A DNA stretch of 32,000 nucleotides from Longivirga aurantiaca (GTDB taxonomy: Bacteria > Actinomycetota > Actinomycetes > S36-B12 > CAIYMF01): contig NZ_JBHSTI010000008.1 of NCBI RefSeq assembly GCF_042660085.1, positions 1,269,876 to 1,301,875 of the forward strand, read 5' to 3'. Of this stretch, positions 9,961-19,157 are shown one piece after another; within the stretch, counting starts at the first letter, position 1, and each line of letters starts with the position of its first letter. The notes under the pieces are model-generated. The model was not told the origin of the DNA. It did no database searches and worked only from the letters and a program-made list of their open reading frames with translations. The position numbers were made by a program, and so were the translations under genes.

Positions 9961-9999
9961 GGTGCCTCCTTCCCCGGCCGATGAACGATGGAGCCATTA

Positions 10000-10015
10000 T
10001 CGAACATACGTCTGA
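10000..10015. promoter_or_regulatory. candidate LexA (SOS) box TCGAACATACGTCTGA
   Basis: Matches the actinobacterial consensus TCGAAC-N4-GTTCGA at 10 of 12 specified positions; the left half-site is perfect. It sits 40-55 nt upstream of the HNH gene start, in an unusually AT-rich stretch. Confidence 0.45.
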
Positions 10016-10222
10016 CAGCGGGCAAGACCCTGCGCGGACGTATCCCGGGGAACCGTTGCGCTGCACGCGAACACGCGCTTCGGGGAAAGCAGCGGTCAGG
10101 CCTGGCGTGCGTCGCCGGAACCAGCAGCAGCCGGACGGTTCGCCGCGCATCCGCGTCGGCGAAGGAGTGGGATGGAGCAAGCACCACCACGTGCTCCACG
10201 AGGGGTGCTGCGGGAGGGCGTC

Positions 10223-11092
10223 ATGGACATCCGGACCATCGTCGTCGGGGTCGACGGATCCCCTGCGTCGGACACCGCCGTCGACTGGGGCGCTGCGGAA
10301 GCCGAGCGCCGAGGGGTGCCGCTCGAGGTGCTCCACACCCTGGCAGCGCACTCGCTCGCGGCCGCGCCGGCGGGAGGCGCGCCCCCGCTGATCGACGACG
10401 ACGAGCACGAGGACGTGCTCGACGCCGCAGCGGCTCGCGCGCGCAGGTCGTTCCCGGGGATCTCGGTCATCGCCCGCAGCGAGACGCGTGACCCGGCATC
10501 CGCCCTCATCGACCGCAGCACCGGTGCCGAGCTGGTCGTGGTGGGCTCGCACGGCAAGGGGCTGCTCGCGCGGTTCCTGCTCGGCTCGGTGAGCCACCGC
10601 GTCTCGTCCCACGCCCTGTGCCCGGCCGTCGTCGTGCACCGCAACGTCGGCGCAGCAGGGCTGCCGGTCGCCGTCGGCGTCGACGGCTCTCCCGGGTCCC
10701 GGGCCGCCGTGCTGCTGGCGGTCGAGGAGGCGCAGATGCGGAAGGTGCCGCTCGTCGTGGTGCACGGTTGGCAGCCGGCCCCGGTCAGCGGGTTCGACGC
10801 CCTCCCGGTGCCGCAGGAGGTCATCGACGCGCAGCACGATGTCGCCCTCAGCGTCGTCGACGATGCCATCGCCGTTGCACGCGCGGCGGCTCCAGGGCTC
10901 GAGGTCACGTCCGTCGTGGCACCGATGGGACCCGTCCTCGCGCTCGACTCCGAGTCCGAGAACGTCCAGCTCCTCGTGGTCGGAGCGCACGGTCACCGGG
11001 GCCTGTCCGGTGCCGCCTTCGGCTCGGTGACGAGCGCTGTCGTCGACGGCGCGCAGTGCCCCGTGATGGTCGCGCCGGCACCTGCCGGGTGA
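10223..11092 (+). CDS. tandem universal stress protein (two UspA domains)
   Basis: Two repeats of the Usp pattern (IVVGVDGSPAS ... VVVGSHGKG...GSVS and VAVGVDGSPGS ... VVGAHGHRG...GSVT). ATG 10223 follows GGGAGGG; the track start at 10172 is rejected. Confidence 0.85.
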   Translation: MDIRTIVVGVDGSPASDTAVDWGAAEAERRGVPLEVLHTLAAHSLAAAPAGGAPPLIDDDEHEDVLDAAAARARRSFPGISVIARSETRDPASALIDRSTGAELVVVGSHGKGLLARFLLGSVSHRVSSHALCPAVVVHRNVGAAGLPVAVGVDGSPGSRAAVLLAVEEAQMRKVPLVVVHGWQPAPVSGFDALPVPQEVIDAQHDVALSVVDDAIAVARAAAPGLEVTSVVAPMGPVLALDSESENVQLLVVGAHGHRGLSGAAFGSVTSAVVDGAQCPVMVAPAPAG

Positions 11093-11099
11093 CGGACGG

Positions 11100-11879
11100 T
11101 CAGACGTCCCACCAGAGGGTGGCCGTCCGTCGCGGGGCGGGCGGACCGGCTGCCTGCAGCGCCGCGACCACCTCGGGCTCCCGGTCGGCGGGAAGGCAGA
11201 GCCGCACGCGCAGGTAGTGCGCGCGCTGCGCTGGCGTGAGGGTCGTGCGCTGCTCGAACGGCTCGTCGTCCCAGACGTCGAGGGTGGCGTCGATGCCGGC
11301 CTCCCGCGCCACGGCGAGGCAGTCCTCCGCCGTGGGCCTCGTCGGCCGCTCCAGGCCCCAGAACTGCCGCCAGAGCGGGCTCATGTGGGTGAGCGGGTGC
11401 GTGACGGGCAGCTCGAGCACGACGCGCCGCACCGCACGGTCGGCCAGCGCCAGCAGGAAGGGCGGAAGGTCGGGCACGTTGTAGACGACGTGGTGGCACA
11501 CCACGACGTCCGCCGCCGGTACGCCGTCCACCGACTCGGGCCAGGTGCCGAGCATCTCCGCGTGCGCCACGCCGCGTTCGTCGGCGGCCGCGGCGTACTG
11601 CGCGAGCATGCGCGCGCTCGAGTCGACGCCGGTGACCACGCCGGCGCGGGGGAGGAGCGCCAGGGACGCCCGGCCGCCGCCGCACCCCACGTCGAGGACG
11701 CTCCCGCCCTCGGGCAGGGCCTCGCGGGCGCGCGCGTGCGAGGGCGAGTCCGGCACCTCGCCCGAGACCGTGAACATCTCGACCGGGTGGATCCACGGGT
11801 CCTCGGGCGCAGCGTCGAGGATCTCGGGCGGGATGGCCCACGTGGCCAGGTCGGCGCGCCATTGCTCGGCTGCGGTCAT
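11100..11879 (-). CDS. class I SAM-dependent methyltransferase
   Basis: SAM-binding motif I VLDVGCGGG, 259 aa. It lies 9 bp downstream of the flavoprotein gene on the same strand. Confidence 0.8.
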   Translation of the reverse strand: MTAAEQWRADLATWAIPPEILDAAPEDPWIHPVEMFTVSGEVPDSPSHARAREALPEGGSVLDVGCGGGRASLALLPRAGVVTGVDSSARMLAQYAAAADERGVAHAEMLGTWPESVDGVPAADVVVCHHVVYNVPDLPPFLLALADRAVRRVVLELPVTHPLTHMSPLWRQFWGLERPTRPTAEDCLAVAREAGIDATLDVWDDEPFEQRTTLTPAQRAHYLRVRLCLPADREPEVVAALQAAGPPAPRRTATLWWDV

Positions 11880-11888
11880 GCGTCGAAC

Positions 11889-13964
11889 CTAGCGCGGCAC
11901 CGAGAACCGCTCGCGTCGGAAGGGGACGGCGTCGCGGTCGACGGCCTCCCCGTGCTCGCGGGCCGCGAGGTGGCCGGCGAACACGGCCTGGGCGATCAGG
12001 TTCGGCGCGTCGGCGTCGCCGATGAGCCGCAGCGAGTCGAGGCGCCCGTCCTCGAGCGCGGGCAGCAGCGCGTCGTGCAGGTCGTGCACCGGTGCCCTGT
12101 CCGCGACCATCACGACGACGTCGCGCGGCAGCACCGTCTCCGCGCCGTCCACGACGGACGCGAGCACCACCGAGGACCCGTCCACGCGCGGCATCGTCCG
12201 GCGTACGACGACATCGACCCCGAGCGCCCGCAGCCGCAACTCGATCCGCTCCTGCTCGAGGGTGAACTGCGTCCAGTACGAGAGCAGCGGCGCCGGCGTG
12301 ACCAGCGTGACGTTGTTGCCGCGCACGGCCAGGAGCTCGGCGAGCAGCCCGCCCATGACGTAGTGGTCGTCGTCGTAGACGACGACGCGGCCGTCCGGCA
12401 CCGACCAGGTGCCGGCGACGAGGTCGTCGAGGATGTCGTCCGGTGTCAGGATCGAGCCGGAGTCCCAGCCGTCGACGGCGTGGCCGAGCGAGCGGCCGCG
12501 GCCGTCGCGCCGCCACGTGGCACCGGTGGCCACGATCACGTGGCGCGCATCCGAGGCGAGCACGTCGTCGGCCGTCATCGGGCTCTCGGGGTAGACCGAC
12601 ACCTCGGGCATCGCCTCGATGCGCCCGAGCCGCCAGTCGACGACGCGCCGCCAGGCGGCGAGGCCGGGAAGCAGGGCCTCGCGGTCGACGCGCCCTCCGA
12701 GTCGGCGGCGGGCGTCGAGCAGGTCGACCCGGTGCCCGCGCTGCCCCAGTGCGCGCGCGGCCTCCAGCCCGGCGGGGCCTGCCCCGACCACCATGACCGC
12801 GGAGTCGTTGCGCCGCCAAGGGATCCGCTCGGGGTGCCACGACCGGCGCCACTCCTCGCCCATCGTCGGGTTCTGGGTGCAGCGGATCGGCAGCGACTTC
12901 GGGTCGGTGGCGACGCAGATGTTGCAGCCGATGCACTCGCGGATCTCCTCGAGCCGGCCCTCCCGGATCTTGCGCGGCAGGTGCGGATCGGCGATCGACG
13001 GGCGCGCGGCGCCGATGAGGTCGAGGACGCCGCGCCTCACTGCCGACACCATCGAGTCCGGCGACGTGTAGCGCCCGACCCCGACCACAGGCTTGGTGGT
13101 CAGGCCCTTCACGAACGCGATGTACGGCTCCTGGTGCCCCTCCGCGGCGAACCGGGAGGTGGCCGAGTCGTTGCTCCAGTCGGAGATGTTGACGTCCCAG
13201 AGGTCGGGCAGCTCGGCGAGCATCGCGACGATCTCCGCGGCCTCGCCGTCGTGGGTGATGCCCTGCTCGCCGACGAGCTCGTCCACTGCGAGCCGCACGG
13301 CGACGGCGCAGTCGTGACCGACGGCGTCCTTGGTGTCCTCGATGATCTCGCGCAGGAAGCGCACGCGGTTCTCGAGCGAGCCGCCGTACTCGTCCGTGCG
13401 GTCGTTGTGGCGTCGTGACAGCAGCTGCATCGGCAGCGTGAGCCCGTGCGCCGCATAGCAGTAGACGATGTCGAAGCCGGCGTCCCGCGCCCGGACGGCG
13501 GCGGCGCGGTGCCAGCGGCGTACGTCGGCGAAGTCCCTGCGCGTCATGGCGCGGGTCTGCGCGGGCTCGAAGCCGCCGCCGCCCAGCACGCCTTCCGACC
13601 TCGGGCCGATGGGCGTCATCCGCGAGTAGTGGTTCGCGGCGTCGAGCCCTGCATGGGTGAGCTCGATGCCGGCCAGGGACCCGTGCTCGTGCACCGCCTC
13701 GGTCATGAGCCGCAGGCCGGCGATGTCGTCGTCGTCCCAGAGCCGGCCCTCGACGTACGGCGCGAGGTCGCTCGTCGGGTGGATCTCGACCTCCTCGGTG
13801 CACACCACGCCCCAGCCGCCCTCGGCCTTGATGCCGCGCATCGCTGCGAGCGACGTCGGGCGCGCGTGCCCGAGCCCGTTGCAGTGCGGCACCTGGTAGA
13901 AGCGGTTCGGCGCCACCTTCGGCCCGATGCGGACCGGCTCGAACAGCACGTCGTAGTCACCCAT
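11889..13964 (-). CDS. trimethylamine/dimethylamine-dehydrogenase-family flavoprotein (OYE-like FMN domain + 4Fe-4S + ADP-binding domain)
   Basis: The N-terminus [26 protein letters not shown] parallels TMADH ([24 protein letters not shown], Cys carrying 6-S-cysteinyl FMN). The cluster motif CIGCNICV...C and [14 protein letters not shown] are present. 691 aa. Confidence 0.85.
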   Translation of the reverse strand: [691 protein letters not shown]

Positions 13965-14065
13965 GCGGCGATCCTGGCAGGGCGGCGGCTGTCCGCACGT
14001 GAACTCCTCGTGACGCGGCGGCGGCGCCCGGCATGCGCGCCTAAGGTGACGGCGGGGAGGCCGAC

Positions 14066-16822
14066 ATGGAGCTCACGGTCGAGGAGCAGCGTCTGCGGGA
14101 GGCCCGTGAGGGCGTGCCCTGGCGGCAGTGGGGTCCGTACCTCGCCGAGCGCCAGTGGGGCACGGTCCGCGAGGACTACAGCGACGACGGCAACGCGTGG
14201 GACTACTTCACCCACGACCAGTCCCGCTCCCGTGCCTACCGCTGGGGCGAGGACGGCATCGCCGCGGTCTGCGACGACCACAGCCAGCTCTGCCTCGCGC
14301 TCGCCCTGTGGAACGGCGCCGACCCGATCCTGAAGGAGAGGCTGTTCGGCCTCACCAACAGCGAGGGCAACCACGGCGAGGACGTGAAGGAGCTCTACTT
14401 CTACGTCGACTCGACCCCGACCCACTCGTGGATGCGCTACCGCTACCGCTACCCGCAGCGCACGTTCCCGTACGAGGACCTCGTGCGCACCAACGCGGAG
14501 CGTGGGTACGACGACGACGAGTACGAGCTGCTCGACACCGGGGTCTTCGACGACGGCCGGTACTTCGACGTCGACGTCGACTACGCCAAGGACGGCCCGC
14601 AGGCGATGGTCATGCGCGTCACCGTCCACAACCGCGGGCCCGAGGCCGCCCCGGTCGACGTCCTCCCGACCCTGTGGTTCCGCAACACGTGGCAGTGGGA
14701 CGCCGAGCACGCGAAGCCCGGCCTCGAACGCGTCGAGGCAGCCGGCGGCGTGCACGTGCGCGCCACGCACCACCGGCTCGGCGAGCGCTGGCTGCACGTG
14801 CCGGCCGGTGCCCAGCTGCTCTTCTGCGAGAACGAGACCAACAGCGAGCGGCTCTGGGGGACGCCGAACGCCGCCGCCTACGTGAAGGACGGCATCGATC
14901 GCGCCGTCGTCCACGGCGAGGCTGACGCGGTCGGCGGCGAGCGCGGAACGAAGGTCGCCGTCCGATTCACCGCGGTGGTGCCGGCCGGGGGAGAGGTCTC
15001 GTTCGTCGTCCGGCTCGACGACGTCGCACCGTCGGAGTCGGCCCTCGTCGGCGCCGACGTCGTGCTCGCCGCGCGGCAGGCCGAGGCCGACGAGTTCTAC
15101 GCGTCCATCACCCCGCCATCGCTGGACGCCGACCGCGCGCATGTGCTGCGCACGGCCCTCGCCGGGATGCTCTGGAGCAAGCAGCACTACTTCTTCGACC
15201 TCGACCGCTGGCTGCAGGAGCACGGCGGTCACCCGCTGCGCGCACCGCGTCGGCAGGGTGTGCGCAACGCCGGCTGGGCGCACATGTACAACGACGACGT
15301 CATCTCGATGCCCGACACCTGGGAGTACCCCTGGTACGCCGCGTGGGACCTCGCGTTCCACACGATGGCGCTCGCGATGGTCGACCCCGACTTCGCCAAG
15401 GGGCAGCTCGAGCTCATGCTGTCGTCGGCCTACCTCCACCCCACCGGCCAGATCCCGGCGTACGAGTGGAACTTCAGCGACGTCAACCCTCCGGTGCATG
15501 CGTGGGCGGTCGCGCTGACGTACGGCCTCGGGCGAATGCTCGCCGACGAGCCGGGCGAGCTCGCCGCCGGGGCCGACGACGTGGGCTTCCTCGAGGACGC
15601 CTTCAGCCGGCTGCTGGTCAACTTCACCTGGTGGGTGAACCGCAAGGACCCGAGCGGCAACAACGTCTTCGAGGGCGGCTTCCTCGGGATGGACAACGTC
15701 GGCGTGTTCGACCGATCCAAGCCGCTGCCGACGGGCGGCCACCTCGAGCAGGCGGACGGCACCGCGTGGATGGCGTTCTACAGCCAGAGCATGATCGAGC
15801 TGGCCGTGCTGCTGTCGGACCACGAGCCGGCGTACGAGGGCTTCATCGTGAAGTTCGTCCAGCACTGGATGCAGATCGCCATGGCGATGGACCCGATGGG
15901 CGACCACCCGGACGAGATGTGGGACGAGGAGGACGGCTTCTTCTACGACGTGCTGCGGCTGCCGGACGGCACGGGCCGTCGGCTGGAGGTGCGGTCGATG
16001 GTGGGGCTCCTGCCCCTCTGCGCGACCGCCGTGGTGCCGGGCCACGTCGTGGAGCGGTTCCCGAGGGTCGCCGCCGAGCTGCGCTACTACGTCGAGCGCA
16101 ACGCCGACCTGCTCACGGGCATCCCCGATCCGCGGGTGCCCGGCGTGGACGGGCGCCGACTGCTGGCGCTGGTCGACGAGACCAAGCTGCGCCGGATCCT
16201 GGCGCGCATGCTCGACGAGGAGAGGTTCCTGTCGCCGCACGGCATCCGCTCGGTGTCCAAGTGGCACGAGGAGCACCCGTACGTCTTCGAGGCCGACGGG
16301 CAGCGCTACGAGGTGCGGTACGACCCCGCCGACTCGCGTAGCGGCGCGTTCGGCGGCAACTCGAACTGGCGGGGGCCGGTGTGGATGCCCGTGAACGTGC
16401 TGCTCATCCGAGCGCTGCTTCAGTTCTACCTGTACTACGGCGACGACTTCACCGTGGAGTGCCCGACCGGGTCGGGAGTGCACAAGACGCTGTACGAGGT
16501 CGCGCACGACCTCAGCGACCGGCTCATCACGACGTTCACGCCCGGTCCTGACGGGCGCCGCCCGGTGTTCGGCGACGACACGCGGTTCGCGGACGACCCG
16601 CTCTGGCAGGACGACCTGCTCTTCTTCGAGTACTTCGACGGAGACACCGGCGCCGGCCTGGGGGCGTCGCACCAGACCGGGTGGACCGGGGTCGTGGCCC
16701 GGCTGGCGCAGATGTTCGCGAGCACCGATGCGGCGACCGTGCTGCACGGCCCGAGCCGTCCGTTCACGGTGCCCTACCGCCGCATCGCCGACCAGTCCCT
16801 CGCGCACCGGGACGACCTGTGA
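14066..16822 (+). CDS. GH63 / MGH1-like glycoside hydrolase (putative glucosidase)
   Basis: 918 aa. The N-terminal WRQWGPYLAERQWGTVREDYS...AYRWGEDG and the (alpha/alpha)6-type C-terminal half match the large bacterial 'glucosidase/MGH1-like' family as I recall it. Confidence 0.75.
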   Translation: MELTVEEQRLREAREGVPWRQWGPYLAERQWGTVREDYSDDGNAWDYFTHDQSRSRAYRWGEDGIAAVCDDHSQLCLALALWNGADPILKERLFGLTNSEGNHGEDVKELYFYVDSTPTHSWMRYRYRYPQRTFPYEDLVRTNAERGYDDDEYELLDTGVFDDGRYFDVDVDYAKDGPQAMVMRVTVHNRGPEAAPVDVLPTLWFRNTWQWDAEHAKPGLERVEAAGGVHVRATHHRLGERWLHVPAGAQLLFCENETNSERLWGTPNAAAYVKDGIDRAVVHGEADAVGGERGTKVAVRFTAVVPAGGEVSFVVRLDDVAPSESALVGADVVLAARQAEADEFYASITPPSLDADRAHVLRTALAGMLWSKQHYFFDLDRWLQEHGGHPLRAPRRQGVRNAGWAHMYNDDVISMPDTWEYPWYAAWDLAFHTMALAMVDPDFAKGQLELMLSSAYLHPTGQIPAYEWNFSDVNPPVHAWAVALTYGLGRMLADEPGELAAGADDVGFLEDAFSRLLVNFTWWVNRKDPSGNNVFEGGFLGMDNVGVFDRSKPLPTGGHLEQADGTAWMAFYSQSMIELAVLLSDHEPAYEGFIVKFVQHWMQIAMAMDPMGDHPDEMWDEEDGFFYDVLRLPDGTGRRLEVRSMVGLLPLCATAVVPGHVVERFPRVAAELRYYVERNADLLTGIPDPRVPGVDGRRLLALVDETKLRRILARMLDEERFLSPHGIRSVSKWHEEHPYVFEADGQRYEVRYDPADSRSGAFGGNSNWRGPVWMPVNVLLIRALLQFYLYYGDDFTVECPTGSGVHKTLYEVAHDLSDRLITTFTPGPDGRRPVFGDDTRFADDPLWQDDLLFFEYFDGDTGAGLGASHQTGWTGVVARLAQMFASTDAATVLHGPSRPFTVPYRRIADQSLAHRDDL

Positions 16823-16860
16823 CCCTCGCGGCCGCGCCGATCGTTCCCTAGCCTTCGACC

Positions 16861-17184
16861 GTGGGGGAGAACCAGGACCGCGGCGTGCGCGATCTCGAGG
16901 AGGTCCGCGGCGCCGACTGGTCGCGCGCGACCTGGGCCGTCCCGAGCGACGACGAGTCGCTCGTGCTCGCTCGGCAGACCCTCACGCCGCGCGGCGGCCG
17001 CGAGGTCGTCTGGCGGGTGCCCGCCCCTCGCCTGCCCGAGCTCTGCGAGCTGGTGTCCGCACCCGAGTCCGACGCCGAGGGCCTGCTCACCTGGGCCGAG
17101 GAGGACCCCGAGCGCCTGGAGGTCCTGGTGGACGGGCTCGAGCGCATGGATCCGCCCGTCGTGGACGACCTCTCGCTCAGTTAG
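16861..17184 (+). CDS. hypothetical acidic protein (107 aa)
   Basis: Strong GC3 bias in this frame compared with the overlapping minus-strand ORF. No recognisable motif. The start is uncertain because no clear RBS precedes the GTG at 16861. Confidence 0.45.
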   Translation: MGENQDRGVRDLEEVRGADWSRATWAVPSDDESLVLARQTLTPRGGREVVWRVPAPRLPELCELVSAPESDAEGLLTWAEEDPERLEVLVDGLERMDPPVVDDLSLS

Positions 17185-17385
17185 CGACGTACCGACGGGC
17201 CGAGCCCGTGGTTGCCGTGTCAACGACTGTGACCTGGGAGACAACGGACGACGCCCGTGCGCTCCCCGCAGCCACGGTGAGGCGCACGGATCCCGTGGGC
17301 TGCACCGGATCTCGGGCTGTGGCCAATGTGACCCAATGCTCAAGAGAGGCTACCCTGCGTGGTGGTTACCACACCGCGTCATCTA

Positions 17386-17397
17386 TTCAATATTGAA
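17386..17397. promoter_or_regulatory. perfect AT-rich palindrome TTCAATATTGAA (candidate operator)
   Basis: A 12-bp perfect palindrome in the only AT-rich patch of a 274-bp intergenic region, about 60 nt upstream of the 17459 start codon. Confidence 0.3.
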
Positions 17398-17458
17398 CGA
17401 CCGGGCATAGGTTCCTGGTTGTCGGACCACGACAACCACACCGCAAGGGGGCTCCACC

Positions 17459-18043
17459 ATGAAGCGCAGGACTCTCGACCTGACACTCGCCACCATCGGT
17501 CTCGTCATGGCAGCTGTTCTGGCCATCGCCAGCGCGCTGCTGCTGTTCGCGGCGTCGTTCACCAACACGACGATCACCGACCAGCTCTCGGCGCAGCGCA
17601 TCAGCTTCGGCCCGGCCGAGTCGATGCCGGCAGCCGAGTACGGCGACCTCGTCCAGTACGCGGGCCAGCAGGTGACGACCGGTACGCAGGCGAAGGCCTA
17701 CAGCGACTACATCGCCGTCCACCTCGACAAGATGGCTGATGGTCAGACCTACTCCGAGGTCTCCGGCCAGTGGATCGCCTCGGCGGAGAACCCCGCTGAC
17801 CGCGACCCGGCCCTCGGCCAGCTGCGCCAGACCCTGTTCATGGGTGAGACGCTCCGCGGCCTGCTGCTCAACGTGTACGCGTTCAGCATCTTCGGCACGG
17901 TCGCCCTCATCGCCGGCTGGGTCGCGGCCGTCGCCGCCCTGGTGATGCTCGGTCTCGCGATCTACGGCTTCAGCCACGCGCACAAGCTTCACAAGCAGGA
18001 GCTGCTGGAGGCACCGTCCGTCGAGAGCATCCCGGTCGCCTGA
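17459..18043 (+). CDS. two-pass membrane protein with a large extracytoplasmic loop, function unknown
   Basis: ATG preceded by AAGGGGG. There is an N-terminal TM helix (LATIGLVMAAVLAIASALLLFAA) and a C-terminal TM helix (FGTVALIAGWVAAVAALVMLGLAIYGF). Coding GC3. Confidence 0.75.
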   Translation: MKRRTLDLTLATIGLVMAAVLAIASALLLFAASFTNTTITDQLSAQRISFGPAESMPAAEYGDLVQYAGQQVTTGTQAKAYSDYIAVHLDKMADGQTYSEVSGQWIASAENPADRDPALGQLRQTLFMGETLRGLLLNVYAFSIFGTVALIAGWVAAVAALVMLGLAIYGFSHAHKLHKQELLEAPSVESIPVA

Positions 18044-18078
18044 TACCCCCTGCGGTCAGCACGATCGACCGACAGAAA

Positions 18079-18115
18079 CACCGCACCCCCCGGCCTTCGG
18101 CCGGGGGGTGCGGTG
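18079..18115 (+). terminator. intrinsic-terminator-like hairpin
   Basis: CACCGCACCCCCCGGCC-ttc-GGCCGGGGGGTGCGGTG forms a perfect 17-bp GC-rich stem 36 nt after the stop. It has no U-tract, which is common in actinobacteria. Confidence 0.7.
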
Positions 18116-18387
18116 CGTCGGAGCGGGTGGCGGGTCGTTCGGCGCCAGCCAGCGGTCCTGCACCGGGCCGAAGACGTCCCGTGGTCGTGCACTCAGTTCG
18201 CCAGCGCGCCACACGTGGAACGCGCGCGTAGCGTGAGGTCGTCAGAGGACTGTGCGATGACGATACCGACCGGGCGCGACTGGGGTCCCGATGAAGTGCC
18301 TCGACACCCCGTCGGCGAAGGCACCGCTACGCGGAGACGTCTGACGACATTCTCCGCGCACCTCCCACAACTACCGAGGAGGTCGTC

Positions 18388-19089
18388 ATGAGGGGAATGA
18401 GGGGCGTGGTGGCTTTGGCTGCTGCTGCACTGATCGCGGCGGTCGCTGCTCCGGCAGGTGCCACGCCATCCGGGGGCGTGATGAACGGGTCGTATCGGTT
18501 CACAGGGCAGATGGCCGAGGCGAGCTGGGCCTCGGAGAGTGAGGACCCAGGGATCGGGATGCCCCGCAACCTAGCGCTCGTGGGTTTCCACGCCGTAGCG
18601 ACGAGCCGCGAGAAGGGGAGCAGGCCGACGACCGAGACGCTGTACCCGATGGTTGCCTACTCGACCACCTTGATCGACTCGGTAACCGGTGAGCCCTACA
18701 ACGCTGAGGTGTGGGCGGTTGGGACGTGGGCGGACTTCGTCATGGCGGCCGATCTCAGCGAAGCGACGGTCGCGTTCCACACAGAAGAGGCATACATCGT
18801 GGGATGGGACCCGGTGGCCGAGAAGGAAGTTGTCATCGGAACCATGCCACTGACCGTCTCGGTCACCTGGACCGGTGACGGCCCACTCGTGTCGACCAAG
18901 TCGCACGACAAGTTCGTTGAGGACGGGATGTTCCGCATCAGCAACGCCACCACGACGACTCGCCACGCGACGGTCGAGTTCACTCTGACCTGGTCCGACG
19001 GCAGTCACCTCGACGGCGCATGCAAGGACGGGCAGATGAGTGACATCAGGTCCGGCGATTTCCAGCACTACTGGCCGCAGCTGCCGTAG
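18388..19089 (+). CDS. secreted hypothetical protein (233 aa) with Sec signal peptide
   Basis: GAGGAGG RBS. The signal peptide is MRGMRGVVALAAAALIAAVAAPAGA/TP. Many A/T-ending codons (gct, gca, gtt, gaa, gga, aca) contrast with neighbouring genes. Confidence 0.7.
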   Translation: MRGMRGVVALAAAALIAAVAAPAGATPSGGVMNGSYRFTGQMAEASWASESEDPGIGMPRNLALVGFHAVATSREKGSRPTTETLYPMVAYSTTLIDSVTGEPYNAEVWAVGTWADFVMAADLSEATVAFHTEEAYIVGWDPVAEKEVVIGTMPLTVSVTWTGDGPLVSTKSHDKFVEDGMFRISNATTTTRHATVEFTLTWSDGSHLDGACKDGQMSDIRSGDFQHYWPQLP

Positions 19090-19128
19090 ATCACCACCGC
19101 ACGCTGGTGCGGGGTCCGGTCACACCTC

Positions 19129-19157
19129 AGGAGGGCTGTCCGACGGGCGGCCCTCCT
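19129..19157. terminator. possible bidirectional terminator hairpin
   Basis: AGGAGGGC-13 nt-GCCCTCCT forms an 8-bp stem between convergent genes. A second short stem, CCGCAC-gctg-GTGCGG, lies at about 19097-19112. Confidence 0.35.

Noticed and set aside
8437-9984. 515-aa plus-strand ORF antisense to the HNH endonuclease gene
   Set aside because: It is a Gly/Val/Asp/Ala-rich shadow. The minus-strand frame carries the DUF222 and HNH motifs.
11086-11105. The near-palindromic GTGACGGACGGTCAGAC at the convergent usp/methyltransferase stops as a regulatory site
   Set aside because: It is simply two stop codons (TGA and TCA) facing each other across 7 bp. The sequence is too short and imperfect to support any claim.
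10993-13803. 936-aa minus-strand ORF and the 733-aa plus-strand ORF (11217-13418) overlapping the methyltransferase and TMADH-like genes
   Set aside because: They are out-of-frame or antisense to genes with strong family motifs. Their sequences are Arg/Pro/Gly-rich and low-complexity.
13703-16807. 1,034-aa minus-strand ORF antisense to the GH63-like gene
   Set aside because: It is a shadow ORF. The plus-strand product has clear glycoside-hydrolase-like sequence and coding GC3, whereas the antisense product is low-complexity and Arg/Val/Gly/Pro-rich.
18079-18115. The C-rich hairpin as a 6C-type small RNA
   Set aside because: The C-run is paired within a single perfect stem directly after a stop codon, so an intrinsic terminator is the simpler explanation.
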